Below are positions 1 through 8,661 of a stretch of DNA of 64,000 nucleotides, in pieces (the first letter of the stretch is position 1; every line of letters begins with the position of its first letter). The DNA lies in the NCBI GenBank assembly GCA_965198945.1, contig CBDAQI010000013.1:32001-96000 (forward strand), in the 5' to 3' direction. Source of the stretch: Thermodesulfobacteriota bacterium. GTDB taxonomy: Bacteria; Desulfobacterota_D; UBA1144; Nemesobacterales; Mycalebacteriaceae. The notes under the pieces are model-generated. The model ran no database searches. It saw only the letters and a program-made list of their open reading frames with translations, and was not told the DNA's origin. The position numbers and the translations under genes were made by a program.

Positions 1-70
1 TCCCGCATGTGGTTTGTTTCGGGAGTTATATACCAAATTAGACAAGACTCCGCTCAATCTGCACTCAATC

Positions 71-99
71 TTGACACACTGCCCACAAGCGTGCAGACT
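71..99 (+). promoter_or_regulatory. sigma70-like promoter for the structured non-coding region
   Basis: TTGACA (71-76), 17-nt spacer, CAGACT (94-99); the predicted start (~105-106) coincides with the first base of a 16-bp stem. Confidence 0.55.
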
Positions 100-104
100 T
101 TCAA

Positions 105-428
105 TCGCTAAACAAGCACAGAAACCCGCTTTGTCGGGTCTCTTGCCGAATAAAAGACCTTCGTTAAGACAACAGCTCCTGTTTGTTGAAGGGAATAGGC
201 GGGAAGCCTGTCAAACCCCTTTGATGTGCTTGTTTAGCGAAGACCCGGCCCCCAAAAGCCGGAGTCGGGAGGCTGAAAGTAGTAGGCGGAACAACTTACA
301 TTTGTTCCAACATAATTGATAAATTAAGTATGAGTCCCCGAGACTAATGAACTGTAACCCTTCGTTAGTTCTTCACTTCAGTAAACACCATCGGGGACTC
401 TTTTCAATAAGTCCCTTTTTTCATACTT
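105..428 (+). ncRNA. Unidentified highly structured non-coding RNA candidate
   Basis: Perfect 16-bp IR 105-120/225-240 enclosing several hairpins; hairpins 242-266 and 288-308; 10-bp IR 332-341/391-400 enclosing a 10-bp stem (342-351/361-370) with two G-U pairs; upstream promoter, downstream T-tract. Confidence 0.5.
393..421 (+). terminator. Possible intrinsic terminator
   Basis: GGGACT (394-399)/AGTCCC (410-415) stem followed by T6 (416-421). Confidence 0.4.
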
Positions 429-498
429 GGTTCTGAATTTCTACCTGTTGGGGGAGTTTCTGAATAGAATTTTCACCATGCCGCGATGAGACGGCTGT

Positions 499-1173
499 TT
501 ATCTGCTGTTTATAAAAATCGCCTGCTTTTTAAACCTTCCGTCAATTGCAAGGTCAACAAGAGCTTTGGAAAGTTCGACCACCCGCACTTTGCTTCCGCA
601 CAGTTTGAAAGGCGTCAGGTTTGCATCTCTTTCATAGTCTCCGGGAACAATCCACGGCGGACGAACCACCGTCCAGTCAAGCGGGCTTTTACGCAAAATT
701 TCATACTCTCCGCGTTTGTCATCAAGCAGACGTTTTAGATTTTTGTTTGTTTTTGTCAGAATATATGCCGCCGTGCTGAAAAATTTTCCGCGCAAACTGA
801 ACTTGTCTTCCGGCACTGACAAGCTCGCCCCCGACACTGCGACATAGCGCGAAATTTCTGCTTCGGGCATATAAAGTGAAAGATTAAGAGCCGCGCTTGA
901 GTGAACTTTGAAACCGGTTTGAAAATCACTTGGGCCGAGAGCGCTTATCACCGCGTCTGCTCCTTTTATCACTTCTTTGACTGATTGCGGATTCGTAACA
1001 TCTCCTTTAACCGTTTCAATTCCGCCGTTGACGGCTTCGTCCGGGCGGAAAATCTTCATCGGGTCTCTGGCAAGAGCCCTGACGCGGTGTCCTGCCCTTA
1101 ATGCGTATAGCACAGTCGTTCTGCCCGTGTTTCCGGTTGCGCCGAGAATTGCGAAGGTCATTTCAAGTTTCAC
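499..1173 (-). CDS. NAD(P)-binding atypical SDR (flavin reductase/biliverdin reductase B-like)
   Basis: GATGNTG Rossmann motif, 'LDWTVVRP' motif; overlaps the obgE stop. Confidence 0.85.
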   Translation of the reverse strand: MKLEMTFAILGATGNTGRTTVLYALRAGHRVRALARDPMKIFRPDEAVNGGIETVKGDVTNPQSVKEVIKGADAVISALGPSDFQTGFKVHSSAALNLSLYMPEAEISRYVAVSGASLSVPEDKFSLRGKFFSTAAYILTKTNKNLKRLLDDKRGEYEILRKSPLDWTVVRPPWIVPGDYERDANLTPFKLCGSKVRVVELSKALVDLAIDGRFKKQAIFINSR

Positions 1174-2182
1174 CTTGTTTCATTTTTTCAAGGGTCGTTC
1201 CGATTTTCCGCACAAGGGTTTCCAGATCCGCTCCCGTAACGGCGGAAATAGCAACCGTTTCCACTCCCATGGCGGCAAAAATCCCGGCAACCTCTTCCGC
1301 TTTTTCGCGGGCTCCTGCAATGTCCGTTTTATTCAGCGCGATTATCTGAGGTTTTTCCGCAAGTATTTCACTGTAAAGGCGCAGTTCGGAGTTGATTTTT
1401 TTCCAGTCTTTCAAAGGTTCCCTTTCGGTGAAGGGTGAAATGTCTATCAGGTGAACAAGCAGTTTTGTTCTCTCAATATGACGCAGAAAACGGATTCCTA
1501 GCCCGGAGCCCTTGTGTGCTCCCTCAATGAGTCCGGGAATGTCAGCCATTGTGAAAGTTTTATAGTCACCCCATTTTACAACTCCGAGATTGGGAACAAG
1601 TGTTGTGAAAGCATAGTCGGCTATTTTGGGTCTTGTGGCGGAAACTTTTGAAATCAGGGTTGATTTCCCCGCGTTCGGAAACCCTATGATTCCCACATCA
1701 GCGAGCAGTTTCAGTTCAAGAAAAAGTTCAAGTTTTTCTCCGGGACTTCCTTCGTCAGCCCTGCGCGGAGCCTGATTTGTTGAAGTTGCAAATCTTGCAT
1801 TACCCCGTCCTCCCCGTCCTCCCCGCGCGGCAATGACACTGTCTCCCGCTTTTTGCAAATCCGCGAGAATTTTTCCCGTTTCGGAGTTGCGCACAACGGT
1901 TCCTACGGGAACTGATATGACGAGTTTTTCTCCGTTTGCGCCGTGCTTGCGCGACCCCTCGCCGTGAGCCCCGCGCCCGGCACGGTAATGCCGTCTGTAT
2001 CTGCAGTCAAGCAGTGAAGAAATATCACTGTTTCCGGCAACAACAATATCTCCTCCGTCTCCTCCGTCTCCTCCGTTGGGGCCGCCTCTCGGAACATGTT
2101 TTTCGCGCCGGAAACTCACGCATCCGTTTCCGCCCGCACCGGACTGAACATTGATTTTTGCTTCGTCAATGAATTTAACCAT
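1163..2182 (-). CDS. obgE: GTPase ObgE/CgtA
   Basis: FIDEA...GGNGCVSFRREK Gly-rich Obg fold, GFPNAGKS, DIPG, NKTD; start reassigned to MVKFID (ATG 2182). Confidence 0.97.
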   Translation of the reverse strand: MVKFIDEAKINVQSGAGGNGCVSFRREKHVPRGGPNGGDGGDGGDIVVAGNSDISSLLDCRYRRHYRAGRGAHGEGSRKHGANGEKLVISVPVGTVVRNSETGKILADLQKAGDSVIAARGGRGGRGNARFATSTNQAPRRADEGSPGEKLELFLELKLLADVGIIGFPNAGKSTLISKVSATRPKIADYAFTTLVPNLGVVKWGDYKTFTMADIPGLIEGAHKGSGLGIRFLRHIERTKLLVHLIDISPFTEREPLKDWKKINSELRLYSEILAEKPQIIALNKTDIAGAREKAEEVAGIFAAMGVETVAISAVTGADLETLVRKIGTTLEKMKQGET

Positions 2183-2251
2183 CTGAACCAGTATTATACT
2201 TGTTTGTGTTTTTGAAATTGGAAATTGCGGTTTGAAACAGGCGCACACTTG

Positions 2252-3145
2252 ATGGATGAAAAAATTAAATTCGGTTTTTGTCTTCCCATCAGAATTGATG
2301 CCGCGGCGGATTTCTGCATTAACCTTTCCGTGAGTGCGGAGAAGCTCGGATTTGATTCCGTCTGGGCAAGCGACCATATAGTTGTTCCAACCGGCAGGGT
2401 CGGAAGATTCAGCAAGGTTTTTTACGATCCTTTCGTTTTGCTTTCCGCCATTGCCTCCCGAACCAAAAAAATCAAAACCGGTCTCAGTGTTTTAATTGCG
2501 CCTTACAGAAATCCGCTTGTGGCGGCAAAGGCGGTTTCCACTCTTGATGTGATTTCGGGCGGGAGAACCGTTCTCGGTGTGGGGGCGGGCTGGATGAAAG
2601 AGGAGTTTGACATGCTTGGCGCGGATTTTGAAAAACGCGGCGCTTTTACGGATGAACTTATGGATGTTTGCAGGGAGCTCTGGGCAAATGAGTCTCCAAG
2701 TTTCAACGGGGTCTTTTCAGAGTTTTCAGACATTGCCTTCCACCCGAAACCCGTAAGCGGAGGAAATCTTCCCATATACGTGGGCGGCAACGGTGAGAAA
2801 TCCATGCGCCGTGCTGCTGAAAGGGGAGACGGCTGGCAGCCGACCGGAATTTCTCCCGAACAATACGCGGTCAAAAGCGGTGTTGTAAGAAGAATTATGA
2901 ATGAGCGGGGAAGGGCGGAAAACGATTTTGTTTTTTCCGTCAGAAATCGTGTTTCATTCGGCGGCGGGGAAAATGACGGCTCTCTTTACACTTTTTCGGG
3001 AAGCTCTAAGGATATTGTCAGCGAGGTAAAAAAATTCGCTGATTGCGGAGTGCGGCTCGTTCTTTTTGATCCCGAAGCCGCAACTGTTGATGAAATTGCT
3101 GAAATTACAGAGAGGTTGAGCTCGGAGGTTATGGTACGGTTTTAG
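2252..3145 (+). CDS. Luciferase-like monooxygenase (LLM) family oxidoreductase, probably F420-dependent
   Basis: 'AEKLGFDSVWASDH', 'RNP...AK..STLD..SGGR..LGVGAGW..EEF', 'PKPV...PIYVGG', 'RRAAERGDGW'. Confidence 0.85.
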   Translation: MDEKIKFGFCLPIRIDAAADFCINLSVSAEKLGFDSVWASDHIVVPTGRVGRFSKVFYDPFVLLSAIASRTKKIKTGLSVLIAPYRNPLVAAKAVSTLDVISGGRTVLGVGAGWMKEEFDMLGADFEKRGAFTDELMDVCRELWANESPSFNGVFSEFSDIAFHPKPVSGGNLPIYVGGNGEKSMRRAAERGDGWQPTGISPEQYAVKSGVVRRIMNERGRAENDFVFSVRNRVSFGGGENDGSLYTFSGSSKDIVSEVKKFADCGVRLVLFDPEAATVDEIAEITERLSSEVMVRF

Positions 3146-3169
3146 AGCAACTCAGATACAAGAGAATTC

Positions 3170-3489
3170 CTATTCGTCCGCGTAATATCGCCGCCAGATT
3201 TCAATTGCTTTTTCTTTTGAATAAGGCTCTATTCTCTCGGCGTTTAGGCACATCAGCAAAGCTTGTCTTTCCCATTTTTTGATAAAGTCATCTGAATGTT
3301 TTCGAATAGTAGCCTCTATTTCTTTTAGATGACTATTAGAATATTTGTGATTGCTTGCAAGTTCCACCTTTGGCTCAAGCCAGTATTTTGCTTCGCCATC
3401 CGGAGATTGAACATGAACGTGTTTGCGCTCCTCTTCTCTGGAGAAAAAAAGAAACGATATTCTTTGTAACGCAAAATCGTGGGACTCAT
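3170..3489 (-). CDS. DUF4160-family protein; 1-bp frameshift in a T7 run near the N-terminus
   Basis: ATG 3489 gives MSPTILRYKEYRFF; adding one T joins it to FSREEERKHVHV...EAKYWLEP. Confidence 0.7.
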
Positions 3490-3498
3490 ATTGCTCTT

Positions 3499-3924
3499 TC
3501 ACTTTCCCGCCTTTACAGGTTTAATACCCGTTTTTTCAATCACGGCTTCAATAATGCCGTTCCAATATAGCCACCAGTGCGAGTTTTCCTTGTGGTTGCC
3601 CAGCTGCTGCTGTGCGTAGAGAAGGGCGTGTTCGGGTTTGTTCTGGTAAAGCAGCAGTTTTTCAGACGCTTCCTTCACCTCTTTCTCGTCAACCGGAATT
3701 TTATCCAGCTGTGTCTGAAGAATCTCTTTGATCGCGGCAATCTCTCCCAGAATCACATCCATTCCGTCAGATATGCGTTCGCACTGCGGTTTTACATCGC
3801 CTTCAAGACTTTTATTCTGTTTTTTCATCAGGTCGGCAAAATCGCGCAGTTTGTCGGCGGTGTCGCGCGCCTTGTTTGTCTCTATGATGATTTTTGTTAT
3901 TGCTTTTGCGGTGAGAGAGGCCAT
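3499..3924 (-). CDS. Hypothetical alpha-helical/coiled-coil protein
   Basis: 141-aa ORF with ATG and GGAG RBS; no recognisable motif. Confidence 0.7.
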   Translation of the reverse strand: MASLTAKAITKIIIETNKARDTADKLRDFADLMKKQNKSLEGDVKPQCERISDGMDVILGEIAAIKEILQTQLDKIPVDEKEVKEASEKLLLYQNKPEHALLYAQQQLGNHKENSHWWLYWNGIIEAVIEKTGIKPVKAGK

Positions 3925-3994
3925 TTTTATCTCCGGTCGCCGCGCGGGAGTAATGAAGCGTCGCGGCGGGTTTTTCCGATTATATTACTCTATA

Positions 3995-4744
3995 TCAGGG
4001 CGCAAAGAAAAAATAACCCGCGCAAACGGCTATGAACGGGGCAAAGGGGAAAATGCGTGAGGATTTTTGTCCGCGCATTTTCAAGTAAATAAAACCGCCG
4101 ATCGCCCCAACCACTGAAGCGGCAAAAATCACCTTCAAAACATCCGTGGGGCCGACAAAAGCTCCTATGCCGGCCATGAGTTTTACATCTCCCATTCCCA
4201 TCCCGTCTTTTTTTCTGACAGTTTTGTAAAATATTGCGGCCGTAAATGGAACACCTCCTCCGACGGCCGCTCCTGCGAGGGAATCTGTGAAATATCCCGA
4301 TAAAATTGAAAAAACAATTCCAGCCGCACAAAAAGGCAGTGTTATAAAGTCCGGCACCTTCATATCACTCAGATCAAACGCCGAAGCCGCGACCAGCGCA
4401 TAAAGAAAAACAAATTGTTTCAATGCCTCAAAAGACAGACCCGAAAAATAAACCGCACAGACCGCGCCCGCCGCACAAATGGTTTCCACAACCGGATAAA
4501 GAATGGAGATTTGGTTCCGGCACCGCAGACACTTGCCCCGGCAGATTATAAATCCGGCAACCGGTATGTTAGCGTAAAACGGAACGGGTTTTGAGCATGA
4601 ATCACAGACCGAAGACGGCGCCGTCACAGAAATTCCGAGCGGAATTCGCCTCACACAGACACAAAGAAAACTTCCGAAAGCGCCTCCCGTAAAAAATACC
4701 AGACCCCAAAACAGCCCGGAGAGGGGAGGGGGAATTTCAAACAT
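3995..4744 (-). CDS. pilD: Prepilin peptidase (A24 family)
   Basis: GSFL..C..RIP, CxxC...GKCxxC Zn motifs, GMGMGDVKL, PFAPF. Confidence 0.92.
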   Translation of the reverse strand: MFEIPPPLSGLFWGLVFFTGGAFGSFLCVCVRRIPLGISVTAPSSVCDSCSKPVPFYANIPVAGFIICRGKCLRCRNQISILYPVVETICAAGAVCAVYFSGLSFEALKQFVFLYALVAASAFDLSDMKVPDFITLPFCAAGIVFSILSGYFTDSLAGAAVGGGVPFTAAIFYKTVRKKDGMGMGDVKLMAGIGAFVGPTDVLKVIFAASVVGAIGGFIYLKMRGQKSSRIFPFAPFIAVCAGYFFFAP

Positions 4745-6944
4745 TTCTTTTCGTGGCCGCTTTTGGCGTCACGACGCTTTTTTCCCTGACTTCTCTCAGA
4801 GCCCTGCGAAAATGAGAGGGGGTTATTCTGAAAATTTTTCCCTGATCTTTGATCTGCTCGTTAAGGGCGAAGATTGATGCTTTGTCACAAACAAGTTTTA
4901 TGTCCGCACCGGTCATACCTTTCATTTTCGCCGCCAGTGTTTTGAAACTCAGGTTTTTTGCGAGCGGCTTATCGCTGTTGTGAATTTTCAGTATTTCCTC
5001 AATGCCTGAAGAATCGGGAGGTGTGATGGTCAGAATCAAATCAAATCTCCCCGATCTCATCAGCGCGGGGTCAACAATGTCTCTGCGGTTTGTAGCCGCA
5101 AGAACTTGCACATCGGAAAGTTCCTCTATCCCGTCCATTTCGGCGAGAATCTGGCTTACAACCTGGTCCGACACTCTGTTGCCGCTTTCCGATTCGCGTC
5201 TTGCGGGCGTCAGCGCGTCTATTTCATCAAAAAAGATTATTGACGGAGCCACCTGCCTCGCTTTGGAAAACACATTTCTTATGGCCCTTTCAGACTCACC
5301 GACATATTTTGAAAGCATTTCCGCCCCTTTGACCGATATGAAGTTCACTCCGCATTCGTTCGCAAGCGCTCTTGCTATGAGGGTTTTTCCCGTTCCCGGA
5401 GCCCCGCAGAGCATTATGCCTCTCGGCGGATTTACATTTGCGGCCTTGTAGAGTTCTTTGTGTCGGAGCGGCATAATCACAGATCCATAAAGGGTGTTTT
5501 TAATCTCTTCCAGGCCGCCGATGCTCTCAAGACCGGCTTTGGGTATGTCAACCGATATTTCCCTTATTGCGGACGGTTCAACCTCTTTGAGAGCGTCAGT
5601 GAAGTTTTCCATTGATACAGAGACGCAAACCGCGCCGTTTTTACTTTTTTCTTCCCGGGCGGTTTTTATTCCGGTTTCTCCGTCAAGGCTCTCAAAAAAA
5701 CCTCCGAGCGCCTTAAGTCCCGCCTCTTTGCAGAGCATTTCAATGTCAGCTCCGGTGAACCCGTTTGTCGTCTCCGCTATACGCTGCAGGTCAACATCGT
5801 CTGAAAGAGGCATCGCCTCGCAATGGATTTTGAGGATTTCAGCTCTTGAAAGACTGTCCGGAACATCAAGCCGTATTTCTCTGTCAAACCTGCCGGCCCG
5901 CCGGAGTGCGGGGTCAATCAGATCGGGAAGGTTTGTGGCTCCAATCACTATCACATTGCCTTTTTTCTTCAGCCCGTCCATCATGGTGAGCAACTGGGCG
6001 ACCACTCTTTTTTCCACTTCTCCCATGACTTTGTCTCTGCGCGGCGCTATTGCGTCTAACTCATCAAGAAAAACTATGGAGGGCTGTTTTTTTTCGGCGA
6101 GCTCAAAAATTTCCCTTATTCGCGCCTCGCTTTCGCCATAGTGTTTGCTGATGATTTCAGGGCCGTTAACTATGTGGAAATTAACTCCGGTTTCATGAAT
6201 TGCCGATTTTGCGAGCATTGTTTTCCCGCTCCCCGGAGGACCGATAAGCAGAATCCCCCTCGGCGGCTCTATTCCGAGTTGGGAGAAAACTTCCGGAAAA
6301 CGGGTTGGAATTTCAACTATTTCGCGGATTTTACTTATCTGTTTTTTCAGTCCGCCGATACGTCCGTATCCGACCCTGCCGGACTCTTTATCTTTTGCTC
6401 CGACTTTTGCGATGCTTATTCCCGTTGATTTTTCTATTAAAACCGGACTCCGGGATGAGGAGGGAACGGTGCTGATTACATGGATTTCATCTTTTTCACT
6501 GCCAGGTTTTGGTCTTTTTTTGCTTTTTCTGCCCCCCATGCCGACTCTGTCTCCCGCGGTCAGCGCGAGTCCCACAAGTCGTGAATGAATTTCTTCTCTG
6601 CCTTCTCTTTCATAGAGGACAGTTTTGTCCGAAATCGCCACGGTAATCCGCTTTGCGGTTTCAAACGGCGATTTTCTTATAATAACGAAGTCATTTATTT
6701 CAGAGCGCGCGTTGTGGCGCGTAAAGCAATCAATCTCAATTATGTTCTCGTTGATGCCTCCTTCCTCATCAAGAGGCACTGCTCTGGCAACCGTTTTTCT
6801 TTTTCCGCCTATCTCTATTGTATCAAGCGGTTCAAGACCCAACTCATACATGTTGTTACGGCTGATTTTGGCAAATCCCTTTCCCATGTCGCAGTAGTCT
6901 ATTTCACAGATTTTCAGTGATACCATTGCGCGGAAATAATACAT
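4737..6944 (-). CDS. CDC48/VCP-family double AAA+ ATPase
   Basis: N domain plus two AAA modules: GPPGSGKT/FLDELD/DPALRRAGRFD and GAPGTGKT/FFDEID/DPALMRSGRFD. Confidence 0.93.
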   Translation of the reverse strand: MYYFRAMVSLKICEIDYCDMGKGFAKISRNNMYELGLEPLDTIEIGGKRKTVARAVPLDEEGGINENIIEIDCFTRHNARSEINDFVIIRKSPFETAKRITVAISDKTVLYEREGREEIHSRLVGLALTAGDRVGMGGRKSKKRPKPGSEKDEIHVISTVPSSSRSPVLIEKSTGISIAKVGAKDKESGRVGYGRIGGLKKQISKIREIVEIPTRFPEVFSQLGIEPPRGILLIGPPGSGKTMLAKSAIHETGVNFHIVNGPEIISKHYGESEARIREIFELAEKKQPSIVFLDELDAIAPRRDKVMGEVEKRVVAQLLTMMDGLKKKGNVIVIGATNLPDLIDPALRRAGRFDREIRLDVPDSLSRAEILKIHCEAMPLSDDVDLQRIAETTNGFTGADIEMLCKEAGLKALGGFFESLDGETGIKTAREEKSKNGAVCVSVSMENFTDALKEVEPSAIREISVDIPKAGLESIGGLEEIKNTLYGSVIMPLRHKELYKAANVNPPRGIMLCGAPGTGKTLIARALANECGVNFISVKGAEMLSKYVGESERAIRNVFSKARQVAPSIIFFDEIDALTPARRESESGNRVSDQVVSQILAEMDGIEELSDVQVLAATNRRDIVDPALMRSGRFDLILTITPPDSSGIEEILKIHNSDKPLAKNLSFKTLAAKMKGMTGADIKLVCDKASIFALNEQIKDQGKIFRITPSHFRRALREVREKSVVTPKAATKRNV

Positions 6945-7022
6945 AACAAAAGTTGCCTCGTCATTTGGGAAAAAGCCGGTTCCTGTTGATTTTTTCCGTT
7001 TCTCGCTTCACACTCTCAAATC

Positions 7023-8134
7023 TTGATAATCAAATCCGCATTTCTACGCAACATCAGGTGTTATGGTTCCGAGGATCTGGCTTTTCATCCCCGTTTCAAC
7101 CTCATATACGGGGAAAACGGGCAGGGAAAAACAAATCTTCTTGAGGCGGTTTACATGCTGTGCAGATTCAAGCCGCTGAGGGGTGTTTCCTCATCGGAGA
7201 TTGTCCGTTTCGGGGAGCGGTCAGCATTGCTGAGAGGTGTAATTGAGAAGGATTCTCCGGCTCTGGTAACGGATGTAAAAATCTTATTCACGGATACGGG
7301 AGACAAAAAGATTCAGGTAAACGGCAAGAAGCCAGTAAATCTGGCAAAGAGGGCGCTTGATTTTGAAATCGTCCATTTCACTCCTTCTGAGGTGGATTTG
7401 GCAAAAGGGACTCCATCATTGAAGAGGCGGTATTTTGATTCAATAATCTGCGGGCTTGTTCCGTCACATTTTCAGGATATTATGGATTTTCAGCGTGTTT
7501 TAAGACAGCGCAATTCTTTTCTTGCGTCGGGCGAGCCACACCCGCCGGCGTTGAGCCCTGGGACACACAAATTGCGGAAATCGGAGCCAGAATCGTTGAA
7601 AAGCGTCTGCGTCTGGTAAAAAGAATCAACGGTGAAATAAGCCCCATCTACCGCCGCATAGCGGCCGTGGAGAAAACGGGTGCTTCTGTTGATTATGAGC
7701 CGTCTTTTGAAATTTCCGGGGAAAAGCGCGGTCAATTGTCTGATTCCATCAAAAAAGCTCTTAAAAACGGCTTTTCGCGTGATATAAAGGTAAAACACAC
7801 TTCAGCGGGACCTCACAGAGATAAAATTTCTCTCAAAATAGGCGGTAGAGACTGCTCCCTGTTTGCCTCTCAGGGTGAAGCAAGAAGCGTTGTTCTTGCT
7901 CTGAAAATTGCCGAGATTCACCTATATCAGTCCATTAAAAAAGAAAATCCAATATTCCTGTTGGATGACATATCAAGCGAACTTGACGACAAACGCAGAA
8001 AATTTCTGTTTGAGATGCTTCTGAACTATCCGGGACAGATTTTTGTAACTTCAACTTCAGCCACTGATATTCTCTACCGGGGAGAAAGAAAAATTTTTCA
8101 AATTGCAAACGGAAGGGTGGGAAAGAAGAACTGA
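7023..8134 (+). CDS. recF: DNA replication/repair protein RecF (one frameshift near 7530-7545)
   Basis: GENGQGKTNLLEA, GPHRD, ASQG, LLDDISSELD; the second frame is open from ...EPWDTQIAEIGARIVEKR. Confidence 0.9.
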
Positions 8135-8152
8135 TTAGGCCAAATGCATATA

Positions 8153-8180
8153 AGTTAACATAATATAACTTATCAGACAT
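8153..8180 (-). other. dif: XerCD recombination site (dif-like)
   Basis: Minus strand ATGTCTGATAA-GTTATA-TTATGTTAACT: 11-6-11 layout; XerD arm 10/11 identical to E. coli TTATGTTAAAT; AT-rich intergenic context. Confidence 0.8.
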
Positions 8181-8315
8181 TGTATATATCAGGATGGTGT
8201 CGTTTTGATAATAGTTAATTATATGAGTAGAATAAATAGTAAATATAATATGGACTTAAAGTTAGAGAAAGTTGGTTGTAAACCATTAAAAATGACTTGT
8301 TCGGGAGGAAGTCCA

Positions 8316-8657
8316 ATGACAACGATATTCTCAAAAATAATAGACCGTGAGATTCCTGCGGAAATCGTTTATGAGGACGATATGTGTCTTGCTTTCAAAG
8401 ACATAAGCCCTCAGGCTCCCACACACATACTTTTGATACCCAAAAAGGAAATACCGTCTCTTAACGATCTCAAATCCGAAGATGGCGGCATTATGGGGCA
8501 TCTTATGCTTAAAGTGCCGGAAATCGCCTCAAAAGCTGGAATTTCTGAAGACGGATACAGAATTGTTGTCAATACCGGGGAAAATAGCGGACAGTCAGTG
8601 TTTCATATCCATATTCACATACTCGGCGGCAGAAAGCTTGAATGGCCGCCGGGTTGA
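8316..8657 (+). CDS. hinT: HIT-family (Hint) nucleotide hydrolase
   Basis: TIFSKII, AFKDISPQAPTH, HIHIH triad; GGAGG RBS before ATG 8316. Confidence 0.93.
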   Translation: MTTIFSKIIDREIPAEIVYEDDMCLAFKDISPQAPTHILLIPKKEIPSLNDLKSEDGGIMGHLMLKVPEIASKAGISEDGYRIVVNTGENSGQSVFHIHIHILGGRKLEWPPG

Positions 8658-8661
8658 TAAG

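Noticed and set aside
105..240. Retron msr-msd with a1/a2 repeats
   Set aside because: No long msd hairpin and no reverse transcriptase in the window; kept only as an alternative for the ncRNA finding
140..250. Lysine-, cobalamin- or c-di-AMP-riboswitch-like words (GCCGAA, CTGTCA, GGGAA, AGACC)
   Set aside because: Core elements are missing or out of order, and there is no downstream + strand gene
14..319. 101-aa ORF preceded by a possible (C)PACG zinc-finger fragment, TnpB-like C-terminus
   Set aside because: No DxNAAxNI RuvC-III motif, and it runs through dense RNA-like inverted repeats; more likely a spurious frame
436..460. AATTTCTACCTGTTG resembles a Cas12a repeat
   Set aside because: Single copy, no GTAGAT stem partner, no spacers, no cas genes
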